From positions 800,001-864,000 of the forward strand of contig CAWHTE010000007.1 of assembly GCA_963832165.1 (NCBI GenBank): a stretch of 64,000 nt of DNA. Reading direction: 5' to 3'. The notes beneath the pieces were generated by a model. The model saw only the letters and a list, made by a program, of their open reading frames with translations, ran no database searches and had not been told where the DNA came from. This DNA comes from an uncultured delta proteobacterium (GTDB lineage Bacteria > Myxococcota_A > UBA9160 > SMWR01). Shown here one piece after another: positions 29,293 to 39,323 of this stretch (within the stretch, counting starts at the first letter, position 1; every line of letters begins with the position of its first letter). Made by a program: the position numbers and the translations under genes.

Positions 29293-29325
29293 CGCGGCGC
29301 GAGGGTAGCAGGGGCTGCTGCGGCT

Positions 29326-29973
29326 ATGCTCCCCGCCGTGACCTCCGTCGATCAGATCCGCCTCTCCCTCGCTGCCCGAAAGCCGGTGCTCTTGCCCGTG
29401 GGTCGGGTGCGCCACGCCGCGGTCGCGATGGTGCTCGCCGAGGGAAAGTCGGGAACGGAGGTGCTGTTCATCGAACGCGCGCGCGCCCTGGGTGATCCGT
29501 GGTCGGGCCACATGGCGTTCCCGGGCGGCCGCGTCGATCCGGGTGATGCGAGCGGCCGCGCGGCGGCCGAGCGCGAGACGCTCGAGGAAGTGGGACTCTC
29601 GCTGGCCGGGTCCGAGCTGCTCGGACGCCTCGACGACAAGACAGGCAACCCGCGCACGAACCCCGAGCTCGTGATCTCCGCGTTCGTCTACCACTCGCCA
29701 TCGCCGGGTGCGCTCGCGATCAACCACGAAGTGCAGGACGCGTTCTGGTTCCCGCTCGACGGGCTGCTCGATCGCGCGCGCCACGTGCAGTACACCGCGC
29801 ACGGCGAGTACGAGTTTCCGGGCATCCTGGTCGGCGAGCCGGACCGCCACGTGGTCTGGGGGCTGACCTACAGCTTCCTCGAGTCGTTCTTCGTCACGCT
29901 CGGAACGCCGCTGCCCGACCGCTGGACCGCAGAGATGAGGAGCTTCGCACGCCAGATCGAGCAGCGGAGTTAG
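29326..29973 (+). CDS. Nudix hydrolase, CoA pyrophosphatase type
   Basis: DPWSGHMAFPGGRVDPGD..AAERETLEEVGL; VWGLT. Confidence 0.9.
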   Translation: MLPAVTSVDQIRLSLAARKPVLLPVGRVRHAAVAMVLAEGKSGTEVLFIERARALGDPWSGHMAFPGGRVDPGDASGRAAAERETLEEVGLSLAGSELLGRLDDKTGNPRTNPELVISAFVYHSPSPGALAINHEVQDAFWFPLDGLLDRARHVQYTAHGEYEFPGILVGEPDRHVVWGLTYSFLESFFVTLGTPLPDRWTAEMRSFARQIEQRS

Positions 29974-30179
29974 TCGGTGCGGGGCGATTCCGGCATGTCG
30001 GGATCACCGGGCTCGAACGCATGACACGCGCGCACGGGAAGCGGCGGATATCGCAGCAGCGACGGGTCCTCGTCGGCTCGCCGACAGCGCCAGAACTCGC
30101 TGCCGCGCGCACTGCGCTGCACCACCGCGTGCACGCATCTCGCGCACAGACCCACGCGCGCAACCCGGGCGTCACTCAC
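29970..30179 (-). CDS. Small four-Cys hypothetical protein
   Basis: GLCARC..FWRC..YPPLPVRAC. Confidence 0.6.
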   Translation of the reverse strand: MSDARVARVGLCARCVHAVVQRSARGSEFWRCRRADEDPSLLRYPPLPVRACHAFEPGDPDMPESPRTD

Positions 30180-30212
30180 GGCGCCGGCGCCTCCACCTAG
30201 CGCGGGGCCCCC

Positions 30213-31124
30213 ATGGGTGGCAGTCTACAGCGCGCCGTGGGGCGCTGGAAGCGGATCCTCGATCGACTCGAGCGAGTGCTCGCCCTCTCGGAGCGCGCCC
30301 TCGAGTCGCAGAGCGGCGCGGATCCAGGAACCGCGCTGTTCGAGCGCGCCACGGCGTTGCGCTGGGATGCGCGGCGCGGGTCCGGGCGTCTGCGGCCGAT
30401 CGAACGGCCGCAGCTCTTCGATCTCGAGGATCTGGTCGGGATCGACAGCGCGCTCGACCGCCTGATCGCCAACACCGAGCAGTTCCTGGCCGGGCTCCCG
30501 TTCAATCACGTGCTGCTTCACGGCGAGCGCGGCACGGGAAAATCGTCGGCGGTGCGCGGTCTGCTCGAGCGCTATGCGGACGGCGGTCTGCGCATCGTGG
30601 AGTTGCACCGCGCCGATCTGCTCGACCTGCCCGACGTGCTCGAGCTGCTCGCGCGCGCGCCACAGCGCTTCGTGATCTTCTGCGACGATCTCTCGTTCGA
30701 TTCCGGCGATCCGGGCTATCGCGAGCTCAAGGCGGCGCTCGAGGGCAGCCTCGCGGCGCCGGCTCCGAACGTCTGCATCGTCGCCACGAGCAACCGGCGC
30801 CATCTGATCCAGGAGCGGGTATCCGACAACGCGCAGATCGGTCTCGACGCCGCGGGCGACCTCCACGTCGGCGAGACGGTCGACGAGAAGCTCGCGCTCT
30901 CCGATCGATTCGGGCTGGTGATCGGCTTCTATCCCTTCGATCAGGATGCCTACCTCGAGGTGGTGAAGCACTACGCTGCGAAGGCCGCGCTCGAGACGCC
31001 CTGGGAAGAGCTGCGCGCCGAGGCGCTGCGCTGGGCGCTGCGGCGCGCGAGCCGCTCGGGTCGCAGCGCGAAGCAGTTCGTCGACGACTGGGCCGGCCGC
31101 AAGGCCCTGGCGCACACGCGGTAG
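30213..31124 (+). CDS. DUF815 AAA+ ATP-binding protein
   Basis: GERGTGKSS, IFCDDLSF, ATSNRRHL, LSDRFGL, RSGRSAKQF. Confidence 0.92.
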   Translation: MGGSLQRAVGRWKRILDRLERVLALSERALESQSGADPGTALFERATALRWDARRGSGRLRPIERPQLFDLEDLVGIDSALDRLIANTEQFLAGLPFNHVLLHGERGTGKSSAVRGLLERYADGGLRIVELHRADLLDLPDVLELLARAPQRFVIFCDDLSFDSGDPGYRELKAALEGSLAAPAPNVCIVATSNRRHLIQERVSDNAQIGLDAAGDLHVGETVDEKLALSDRFGLVIGFYPFDQDAYLEVVKHYAAKAALETPWEELRAEALRWALRRASRSGRSAKQFVDDWAGRKALAHTR

Positions 31125-31131
31125 GAGGGGG

Positions 31132-32185
31132 ATGGGCGAAGCCCTCGGCGTCTCGATCGGCGGGCTCGTCGCGATCGCGGCGCTCGTGCTGATGAACGCC
31201 TACTTCGTGGCGACCGAGTTCGCGCTCGTGGCGGTGCGCAGCACGCAGATGGAGCTCTGGCTGGCCGAGGGACGGCGCGGCGCTGCGTCGGCCGCGGTGG
31301 CGATCGAGCATCTCGACGATGCGTTCGCCGCGTGCCAGTTCGGCATCACGATGGCGAGCATCGCGCTCGGGTTCCTCGGTGAGCCCGTGCTCGCGGAGGT
31401 GATCGCACCGATGCTCGGCGCCGTGGGGGTCATGGCTCCGGCGGCGGTGCACTCGGTGGCGGTCGCGCTCGCATTCGCGATCGTGACCTTCCTGCACGTC
31501 GTCCTAGGCGAGCTCGCACCGCGTGCGCTGGCGCTCGACCGCCCTGGGACCGTGGCGCTCACGTGCGCGCGACCGCTGCTCGTGTTCGGCCGTGTATTCC
31601 GCCCGGTGCTGTGGCTGATGAACGCTTCCGGCAATCTACTCGTGCGCGCGCTCGGCATCCGCCCGTCTGGGCAGGCCGAGCGAGGTGCACACGGCCGAAG
31701 AGCTCTCGATGCTCGTCGCGGAGTCGCGCGCGGCCGGCGAGATCCGGCCCTACGCGGGCCGCATGCTCGGCAACGTGTTCCGGCTCGGGCGCACGCGGCT
31801 GCGCGACGTGATGATCCCGCGCGAGAAGGTCGTGGCGATCGAGCGCGGCATCCGCTCGGACGCGCTGCTCGACCTGATCAAGGAATCGGGCTTCACGCGC
31901 ATCCCCGTCTACGACGGCACGCTCGACAACGTGATCGGCATCCTGCACACGAAGGACCTGTTCCAGGTCTACGCCGACCGGCGCGTGGTGATCCTCGAAG
32001 ACGCGGTCCGGCCCGCGGAGTTCTTCCCGTCCGATCTGTCACTCGTCAACGCGCTGCGGCGTTTCCGGCGCAGCCGCCAGCACCTCGCGATCGTGCGCGA
32101 CGAGGGCGGCCCCGTGATCGGCGTCCTCACGCTCGAGGACGTGCTCGAGCAGATCGTGGGCGATATCGAGGACGAGCACGACTAG
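31132..32185 (+). CDS. CNNM/CBS (TlyC/hemolysin family) protein, apparent frameshift near 31682
   Basis: NAYFVATEFALV, LHVVLGELAP; next frame VMIPR, GFTRIPVY, TLEDVLEQIVGDIEDEHD. Confidence 0.88.
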
Positions 32186-32191
32186 GAGCGG

Positions 32192-33379
32192 CTAGCGGAT
32201 CAGCCCCAGCTCCCGGCCCATCTGCGCGAACGCCTCGAGCGCGCGGTCGAGGTGCTCGCGCGTGTGGGTCGCGATGCACGAGGTGCGGATCATCGCGCGG
32301 CCGCGCGGCACCGCGGGCGACACCACGGGGTTCACGAACACGCCGAGCTCCTGGAGCCGCATCGTCGCGCGGTAGACGTCTTCGTCCGAGCCGACCACCA
32401 CCGGGATCACGGGCGAGGACGACTCTCCCGTATCGAAGCCGAGCGTGTCGAGCTCGCGCTTGAGATAGCGCGCGTTCTCCCAGAGCTGCTTGCGCCGCTC
32501 GGGCTCGCGCTCGATGATGTCCAGCGACTTGCGCGCTGCCGCGACCGACGCGGGTGGAAGCGCGGCCGAGAAGATCCCGCTGCGCGCTGTGTGCCGGATG
32601 TGGTTGATCACGGGGGCGCTGCCGGCCACGAAGCCGCCGACCGTGGCGAGCGACTTCGAGAACGTGCCCATCAAGAGGTCGACCTCTTCGTCGACCCCGA
32701 AGTGTTCGGGCGTGCCGCGCCCGGTCTCGCCGAACACGCCGAGCCCGTGCGCGTCGTCCACCATCAGGCGCGCGCCGTGCTGGCGCGCGAGCCGCACGAT
32801 CTCGGGCAGCGGCGCGACGTCGCCCTCCATCGAGAACACGCCGTCCACGACGATCAGGATCCCGGAGCCGCTCTTGATCTGATCGAGCTTGCGCGCGAGG
32901 TCGCCCATGTCGTTGTGGCGGTACTTCACGGTGCGCCCGAATCCGAGCCGGCAGCCATCGATGATGCAGGCGTGATCGAGCGCATCGAGCACGGCGACAT
33001 CGCGGCGCCCGAGCAGGCTCGACAGCACGCCCAGGTTCACCTGGAAGCCCGTGGAGAAGACGAGCGCGGACTCCCGGCGCGTGAACTCCGCGAGGCGCTC
33101 CTCGAGCTCGACGTGCAGGTCGAGCGTGCCGTTGAGCAGGCGCGACCCCGCCACCCCGGTGCCGTAGACGGCGAGCGCCACGGTGGCCGCTTCCTTCACC
33201 TCGGGGTGGTTCGCGAGGCCGAGGTAGTTGTTCGACCCCAGCATCACGAGCTCGCGGTCGCCGCACAGCACGAGCGGGTCCTGGGCGGAGGAGAGCGCCC
33301 GGTAGTAGGGATACATTCCGGCGGCGCGCGTAGCGACTACGCGTGCCCCGATCTCGCTGCACTTCGCGAAGACGTCCAC
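32192..33379 (-). CDS. Alpha-oxoamine synthase (PLP), probably serine palmitoyltransferase
   Basis: GSNNYLGL, GSRLLNGT, HACIIDG, DGVFSMEGD, DDAHG, GTFSKS. Confidence 0.8.
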   Translation of the reverse strand: MDVFAKCSEIGARVVATRAAGMYPYYRALSSAQDPLVLCGDRELVMLGSNNYLGLANHPEVKEAATVALAVYGTGVAGSRLLNGTLDLHVELEERLAEFTRRESALVFSTGFQVNLGVLSSLLGRRDVAVLDALDHACIIDGCRLGFGRTVKYRHNDMGDLARKLDQIKSGSGILIVVDGVFSMEGDVAPLPEIVRLARQHGARLMVDDAHGLGVFGETGRGTPEHFGVDEEVDLLMGTFSKSLATVGGFVAGSAPVINHIRHTARSGIFSAALPPASVAAARKSLDIIEREPERRKQLWENARYLKRELDTLGFDTGESSSPVIPVVVGSDEDVYRATMRLQELGVFVNPVVSPAVPRGRAMIRTSCIATHTREHLDRALEAFAQMGRELGLIR

Positions 33380-33637
33380 TCGCCCTTCCACTCGCCGCCG
33401 CCGATCCACGTTCTCGTCGGCAGTAATCGGTGGGGGGATCGCCGAGCGATGCCCCCGGAGGGTATCCACACACCACGCCGTCTCGCCAGAGGGAGTCTCG
33501 GCTGCAGCCGCTGGTCGGGTCCGGGGCGCCCAACTAGAATCGTCTCCGGTTCGACGCGTCGTTCCCCCCGGTCGCTCGAGCTCGCAGGGCGGCGCCGCCA
33601 TCGCGGTCCCGCCACCCGCCCGCATCGGGAGGAAAAC

Positions 33638-34492
33638 ATGCGCGTTCGCGGTGTCGCGCGGTGCCTCGTGCTTGCGGTGGCGGCGTGGAGTCTCGCCGGA
33701 GGACCCGCGCGTGCGAGTGACGAGGCCGATGCGGCGCGCGAGAGCGATGTCGAGGTGGTGCCGAAGGAGTTCGCGGACGAGGAGTTCGCGGACGAGGAGG
33801 GGTGGGACCCCGAAGACGATCTGCTCGACGAGTCGGCCCGGCGCGATCCCTTCGAGGGTCTCAACCGCGGCGTCTTCTCGTTCAACCGCGGCATGGATAG
33901 CTGGCTGTTCGATCCGATCACGCGCGGATACCAGTTTGCCGTGCCCGTGCCGGGCCGGCGCGCGATCTATCGCGCCTTCCAGAACCTCGATTCGCCCGTG
34001 ATCCTGGCCAATCACATGCTCCAGTTCCGCGTGGTCGACGCGGCGAGCACCACCACGCGCTTCGTGATCAACTCCTCGATCGGCGTGGCCGGGCTGTTCG
34101 ATCCAGCCGCAGATTTCTTCGAGGTCTACCGCCGCGAGGGCGACTTCGGCCAGACGCTCGCGCGCTACGGATCGCCGAGCGGGCCGTACCTGATGCTGCC
34201 GATCTTCGGGCCGAGCACCGTTCGCGACGTATTCGGCGACGTGGTCGACATCCTCGCCGACCCGGTCTCCTATCTGCTCGGCCCGGTCCGGTGGTGGACG
34301 CTCATGCTCGGCGGCGGCGAGGGACTCACCGCGCGCGAGGCCCATTTCGATGACCTCGTCGAGCTCGAGAAGGGCTCGATCGACTTCTACTCCGCGCTGC
34401 GCAGCGCGTATCTCCAGAACCGGGATGCGATGGTGCGCGAGGCGCGCAGCGCGTCGGTGACCGCAGGAATCGCGACGACCGCCGCGCACTAG
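33638..34492 (+). CDS. mlaA: MlaA/VacJ family protein
   Basis: DPFEGLNR, RFVINSSIGVAGLFD, DFGQTL, GPYLMLPIFGPSTVRD. Confidence 0.9.
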   Translation: MRVRGVARCLVLAVAAWSLAGGPARASDEADAARESDVEVVPKEFADEEFADEEGWDPEDDLLDESARRDPFEGLNRGVFSFNRGMDSWLFDPITRGYQFAVPVPGRRAIYRAFQNLDSPVILANHMLQFRVVDAASTTTRFVINSSIGVAGLFDPAADFFEVYRREGDFGQTLARYGSPSGPYLMLPIFGPSTVRDVFGDVVDILADPVSYLLGPVRWWTLMLGGGEGLTAREAHFDDLVELEKGSIDFYSALRSAYLQNRDAMVREARSASVTAGIATTAAH

Positions 34493-35343
34493 CGCGCGCG
34501 AAGAACGGCCTCCGCGAGCTCCTCGAGCTTCGGGATCGCGTCGCGCCCGCGCGACCAGGGCAGCACGGAGACGCGGTCGACGCCCGCGTCGGCATAACGT
34601 CGCAGGACGTCGGAGTCGAGCGGACCACCGCGGTGGCCCACCGTCACCTCGAACGGTTCGCGCTCGCGACCCGCCTTCGCGCGCAGCGTGCGCAGCGTCG
34701 CGATGCACTGCTGTGCGCTCTGTGGATCGTGCGCGACGCCGTACCAGCCGTCGCCGAGCGCGGCCGCGCGTCGCAGCGCGGTGGGGCTCTCTCCGCCGAA
34801 CAGGATCGGGGGGTGTGGTTTCTGCACGGGCTTGGGCTCGAACTTCAGCGGTCCGAACTCGAAGAACCGCCCGTGGAACTCGGGCTCGGCCTGGGTCCAG
34901 AGCGCCTTCAGCACCATCACGCATTCGCGCATGCGGCTGCCGCGCGTCGCGAACTCGATGCCGACGGCTCGGAACTCCTCCTCGAGCCAGCCGACGCCGA
35001 TGCCCAGACAGAGACGCCCTTCCGAGAGCACGTCGAGGCTCATCAACATCCGCGCGGCGACGATCGGGTTGCGCAGCGGCAGCACGTAGATGTTGGTGCC
35101 GAGCCGGATGCGCGACGTGGCCGCCGCGATGTGGGTGAGCAGGAGCAGCGGATCGAGGATCGGGGTGTCGGGCGTGAACGGCGGGCGGCCGTCGTCCGAG
35201 TACGGGTAGCGGCTCTCGAGCTGCACGGGCAGCACGAGGTGCTCGGGGACCCACACCGATTCGAATCCGAGCTGCTCGGCGCGCGCCGCGACGCTGGCCA
35301 TCTGGCCGTGGCGGAGCAGGAACAGAGGGATGCCGATCTTCAC
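34489..35343 (-). CDS. LLM-class (probably F420-dependent) oxidoreductase
   Basis: GFESVWVPEH, IRLGTNIYVLPLRNP, PKPVQKPHPPI. Confidence 0.88.
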   Translation of the reverse strand: MKIGIPLFLLRHGQMASVAARAEQLGFESVWVPEHLVLPVQLESRYPYSDDGRPPFTPDTPILDPLLLLTHIAAATSRIRLGTNIYVLPLRNPIVAARMLMSLDVLSEGRLCLGIGVGWLEEEFRAVGIEFATRGSRMRECVMVLKALWTQAEPEFHGRFFEFGPLKFEPKPVQKPHPPILFGGESPTALRRAAALGDGWYGVAHDPQSAQQCIATLRTLRAKAGREREPFEVTVGHRGGPLDSDVLRRYADAGVDRVSVLPWSRGRDAIPKLEELAEAVLRAR

Positions 35344-35394
35344 GGGTCTCCGCCGGTTTACAAGCGAACGTGGGACCGGATAGCATGATCCGCC

Positions 35395-36588
35395 TTGAAG
35401 GCCAGGGAGCTACAGAACAAGGCTGCCATCGTAGGAATTGGCTGCACCGACTTCTCGCGCAACTCCGGCCGCAGCGAATACCAGCTCGCGCTCGAAGCGG
35501 CGGTGGCCGCATGCCGCGACGCGGGCATCTCGCCGCACGAGATCGACGGAATGTCGATGCCCGCCTATCAAGCCGAGACGTGCGATGAGTCGGCGCTGAT
35601 CAACGGTCTCGGGATGAAGAACCTCAGCTACGTGTCCTCGCTCGGACACGGCGGCGGGTCCGCGTGCGGCGTGGTGGGTCACGCCGCGCTCGCGGTGGCC
35701 ACGGGAATGGCGAGCACCGTGCTGTGTCTGCGCGCGCTGAACTCGCGCTCGGAGTTCCGCTACGGACAGTTCGACAAGGACCGCGGCGAGGAGGACCTCG
35801 AGTCGCCCGTGCCGTGGTTCTATGCGTTCCTGCATCCGTGGGGCTTCTTCACGCCCGCGCAGTGGGCCGCGTTCTGGGCGCGGCGCCACATGCACGAGTA
35901 CGGCACGAAGCCGGAGCATTTCGGCGCGATCGCCGTGGCGGCGCGCAAGCACGCCGCGCGCAATCCCAACGCGCGCTTCTATCAGCAGCCGATCACGATG
36001 CGCGACTATCTCGACTGCCGGATGGTCGTGGACCCGCTGCGCTTGTTCGACTGCTGTCTGGAGACCGACGGAGCCTGCGCAGTGATCGTCACGAGTGCGG
36101 AGCGCGCGCGCGATCTCGCGCAGCGGCCCGCCTACATCCGCGCAATGGCGCAGGGCACCGGCGGCGCGGGGCTGTTTCCGATCACGTCGTTCAACCGCGA
36201 GCGCCTCACGGGCATGGAAGAGACCCAGCGCATGGCGGACTTCCTGTTCGCGATGGCCGATCTGCGCCGCGAGGACATCGACGTGGCGGAGCTCTACGAC
36301 CACTTCGGCCCGCTCGTGCTCCTGAGCCTCGAGGATCTCGGCTTCTGCGCTCCCGGGGAGGGCGGGTCGTTCGTCGAGGGCGGGCGGATCGAGCTCGGCG
36401 GCGAGCTGCCGATCAACACCCACGGCGGGCTGGTCGCGGAGGCCTACATCCACGGGTTCAATCACATCGTGGAAGGCGTGCGCCAGGTGCGCGGCACCTC
36501 GACGTCGCAGGTGGAAGATGCAGAGCACGTGCTGGTGACGAGCGCCGACGGCGTTCCGACGAGCGGGCTGATCTTGAGCAGATGCTAG
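35395..36588 (+). CDS. Thiolase-like lipid-transfer protein (Ltp2-like)
   Basis: AIVGIGCT, PLRLFDCCLETDG, LYDHF, INTHGG..EAYIHG. Confidence 0.88.
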   Translation: MKARELQNKAAIVGIGCTDFSRNSGRSEYQLALEAAVAACRDAGISPHEIDGMSMPAYQAETCDESALINGLGMKNLSYVSSLGHGGGSACGVVGHAALAVATGMASTVLCLRALNSRSEFRYGQFDKDRGEEDLESPVPWFYAFLHPWGFFTPAQWAAFWARRHMHEYGTKPEHFGAIAVAARKHAARNPNARFYQQPITMRDYLDCRMVVDPLRLFDCCLETDGACAVIVTSAERARDLAQRPAYIRAMAQGTGGAGLFPITSFNRERLTGMEETQRMADFLFAMADLRREDIDVAELYDHFGPLVLLSLEDLGFCAPGEGGSFVEGGRIELGGELPINTHGGLVAEAYIHGFNHIVEGVRQVRGTSTSQVEDAEHVLVTSADGVPTSGLILSRC

Positions 36589-36595
36589 GTGGAGC

Positions 36596-37012
36596 ATGAA
36601 CAAGCAGGTGCGCAGACCGGTACCCGCACTCGAGCGCGACACGAAGGGCTTCTGGGAGTCGCTCCGCCAGCACCAGCTCGTGATCCAGCGCTGCCTCGAG
36701 TGCCGCACCTATCGCCATCACCCGCGGCCGATGTGCCCCGAGTGCCACTCGCTCGAGTTCGAGTGGGCGCCGATGTCCGGGCGCGGCACGGTCTACACGT
36801 ACGCGCTCGTGAACCATCCGCTGCACCCGTTCTGGGCCGGGAAGACTCCCTACAACGTCGTGCTCATCGAGCTCGAAGAGGGCGTGCGGATCGTCTCGAG
36901 TCTCGTCGACTGCCCCAATGATCTGGTCCGAATCGGCATGCCCGTGACGGTCGTCTGGGAGGACGTCTCGGAGGAGATCAGCCTGCCGATGTTTCGCCCC
37001 GTCACCGCCTGA
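36596..37012 (+). CDS. Zn-ribbon/OB-fold (DUF35, ChsH2 C-terminal-like) protein
   Basis: FWE..QRCLEC..PRPMCPEC..SGRGTVY..ELEEG..IGMPV. Confidence 0.9.
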   Translation: MNKQVRRPVPALERDTKGFWESLRQHQLVIQRCLECRTYRHHPRPMCPECHSLEFEWAPMSGRGTVYTYALVNHPLHPFWAGKTPYNVVLIELEEGVRIVSSLVDCPNDLVRIGMPVTVVWEDVSEEISLPMFRPVTA

Positions 37013-39243
37013 TGCCGCTCCAGGGTGTACGCGTCGTCGTGCTCGGCGGCGGCGTACCGTGCGCGTTCGCCGCGAAGTGGCTCGCCGCGCTCGGGGCGCA
37101 GGTGGTGTCGCCGCGCGCGAGCAGCGCGCGCAGGGATCTGCCCGATCTGCTGGCGCGTGCAGACGTCGTGATCGATGGAACGGCGTGGAGCGCAGAGAGC
37201 TGGGGGTTGAACCTCGAGTTCTCCGACCTGCCCGTGGTCCGCGTGACACCGTTTGGCGTCGGTGGTCCGTACACCGGGATGCCTTTCACGCCGCTGACGC
37301 TCGCCGCGCTGTCGGGGCTCATGTGGCACGTCGGCGACGCGGACCGGCCCCCGCTCGTGCAGTGGGGCGACCAGGTGGAGCAGCTCGCGGGTCTGCACGC
37401 CTTCGCGGCCGCGCTCGCCGTGCTCTGGGCGGGCGGATCCACCGCGCTCGAGGTCGCCGCGCTCGAGGTGGCCGCGGCGCTCTTGGGACATCACACGGGT
37501 CGCCATTCCCAAGTCCCCCTCGACCTGCCGCGCCAGCCCGCGCGCTCGCTGTGGCGCCTGTACCAGACCGCGGACGGGTGGGCGGGCCTCTCGTGCACGC
37601 CGAGAGATCAGCCGCGAGTGGCAGAGGTGATGGGCCTGCCCGAGATCGCTGCAGCGCTGCCGTTCATGGGCCGCAACGAGCGCGACGAGGCGGTGCTCCG
37701 GCCGCTGCTCGACGCGTGGTTCCGCGCGCGCACCTCGGCCGAGGTCGAAGCGCTCGGCCGCGCGCAGAGCGTTCCGCTATGCGCGGTGCGAAACGTGAGC
37801 GAGGTAGCGTCGGCGCCGCAGCTCGTGCACCGCGGGTTCTTCACGCGTGGCGAAGACGGGGCGCTGCGGCCCGGCCAGCTCTGGCACAGCGATGCACACG
37901 GCTGGGTGACTGCGCCCGAGCCCGGCTCCGACGTGCGCGCGTGGCGCGATGCGCCGCTGCGGCGGCCCGCGCCGCGAGGATCTCCGGCGCGACTCCCGCT
38001 CGAGGGCGTGCGCGTGCTCGACCTCGGTCAGGTGTGGGCTGGGCCGTACGCCGCGATGCTGCTCGGCGATCAGGGCGCCGATGTGATCAAGATCGAATCG
38101 CCGAGCCGCTGGGATCCGAACCGCTGTGCCGTGGCGCCCGGGCCCGGCCGCGAGAAGGAGTGGTGGAACACCGGCGCGTACTTCACCGAGTACAACCGCA
38201 ACAAGCGCGCACTCGGGCTCGAGATCGCACGACCGCGCGGGCGGGAGGTGCTCGCGCGGCTCGTGCGCGGCGCGGACGTCGTGATCGAGAACTTCCGCGC
38301 GGGCGTGCTCGACCGCCTCGGGATCGGATACGGCTGGCTGCGTGCGCAGCGCGACGACGTGATCCTCGTGAGCATGGCGGCATTCGGCCAGACCGGCCCC
38401 GACTGCGAGCGTCCCGGCTACGGCCCCGTGATGGAGGAGCTCTCCGGGCTCGCGAGTCTCACGGGTTGGGGTGACGGACGTCCGCAGCTCGCGATCGGTT
38501 ATGCGTACGGCGACCCGGTCGCCGCGGCGGCGGCGGCCGCTGCGTCGCTCGCCGCGCTCCTGTACCGGCGGCGCACCGGGCGCGGCCAGCACGTCGACCT
38601 CGCCCAGTTCGAGGTGCTGGTGGCGATGATCGGCGAAGCGTTCGCCGAATGGAGCCGCACCGGAGTAGAGCCGCCCCAGCAGGGGAACCGCAGCCCGGGA
38701 TGTGCGCCGCACGGCGTGTATCCGTGCGAGGGCGTCGACGAGTGGGTGGCGATCGCGGTCGAGAACGACGTGCATTGGCGCGGATTGCGCAGCGCGATGG
38801 GTGAGCCGGAATGGTCGCGAGACGCCGGTTTCGACACGGCGCGCGGACGCTGCGCGGACTCCGATCTGCTCGACGAACGGATCTCGGCCTGGACGCGCGC
38901 GCGGCGCAAGGCCGAGGTCTTCGAACGCTGCATCGCCGTTGGGGTTCCTGCCGCACCCGTGCATCGCAGCGGCGAGCTGCTCGAGAACGCGCAGCTCTCG
39001 TCGCGCTCGTTCTACGAGCGGGTGGTGCATCCGGCGGGTGGCGAGTGGCGCATGCACGGCTGGGAGTGGCGGCCCGCAGGCGCCGGGCGCTGCGTGCGCG
39101 GGCTCGCGCCGGATTTCGGGTCGGGCAACCAGGAGATCCTGCGCGAGGTGGGATACTCGGACGAAGAGATCTCGGCGCTCGCAGCCGAAGGAGTCATCGG
39201 CTCCACACCCATCGGTGTTCCGCGGCTTCCCGGCAGCTCGTAG
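37012..39243 (+). CDS. Family III CoA-transferase, tandem double domain
   Basis: Degenerate first domain; second domain VLDLGQVWAGP..GADVIKIE..NRNKR..ENFR. Confidence 0.9.
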   Translation: MPLQGVRVVVLGGGVPCAFAAKWLAALGAQVVSPRASSARRDLPDLLARADVVIDGTAWSAESWGLNLEFSDLPVVRVTPFGVGGPYTGMPFTPLTLAALSGLMWHVGDADRPPLVQWGDQVEQLAGLHAFAAALAVLWAGGSTALEVAALEVAAALLGHHTGRHSQVPLDLPRQPARSLWRLYQTADGWAGLSCTPRDQPRVAEVMGLPEIAAALPFMGRNERDEAVLRPLLDAWFRARTSAEVEALGRAQSVPLCAVRNVSEVASAPQLVHRGFFTRGEDGALRPGQLWHSDAHGWVTAPEPGSDVRAWRDAPLRRPAPRGSPARLPLEGVRVLDLGQVWAGPYAAMLLGDQGADVIKIESPSRWDPNRCAVAPGPGREKEWWNTGAYFTEYNRNKRALGLEIARPRGREVLARLVRGADVVIENFRAGVLDRLGIGYGWLRAQRDDVILVSMAAFGQTGPDCERPGYGPVMEELSGLASLTGWGDGRPQLAIGYAYGDPVAAAAAAAASLAALLYRRRTGRGQHVDLAQFEVLVAMIGEAFAEWSRTGVEPPQQGNRSPGCAPHGVYPCEGVDEWVAIAVENDVHWRGLRSAMGEPEWSRDAGFDTARGRCADSDLLDERISAWTRARRKAEVFERCIAVGVPAAPVHRSGELLENAQLSSRSFYERVVHPAGGEWRMHGWEWRPAGAGRCVRGLAPDFGSGNQEILREVGYSDEEISALAAEGVIGSTPIGVPRLPGSS

Positions 39244-39323
39244 GGCGGGAGAGCGAAGCGATCCCGCCATCAGGCAACGGGCTGCTGGATGGCGGGATCC
39301 GCCTTTGGCTTCTCCCGCCCTAC
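39240..39323. repeat. Inverted pair of GTAG-type REP-like repeats (copies 2 and 3)
   Basis: 39240..39268 on + and 39291..39323 on -; each is GTAG followed by a GGCGGGA..TCCCGCC hairpin. Confidence 0.8.

Noticed and set aside
26539..29850. 1103-aa ORF as one fusion protein
   Set aside because: Artefact of a frameshift joining the DUF6178-like and CocE genes, plus antisense Nudix sequence.
33771..33797. Short tandem repeat encoding EFADEEFADEE in mlaA
   Set aside because: Two-unit in-frame duplication in an acidic linker; no further structure.
32192..35512. 1106-aa ORF and other long Arg/Ala-rich ORFs (e.g. 712..3810, 1905..4571, 7107..9608)
   Set aside because: Shadow frames of real genes in high-GC DNA; only the motif-bearing parts were kept.
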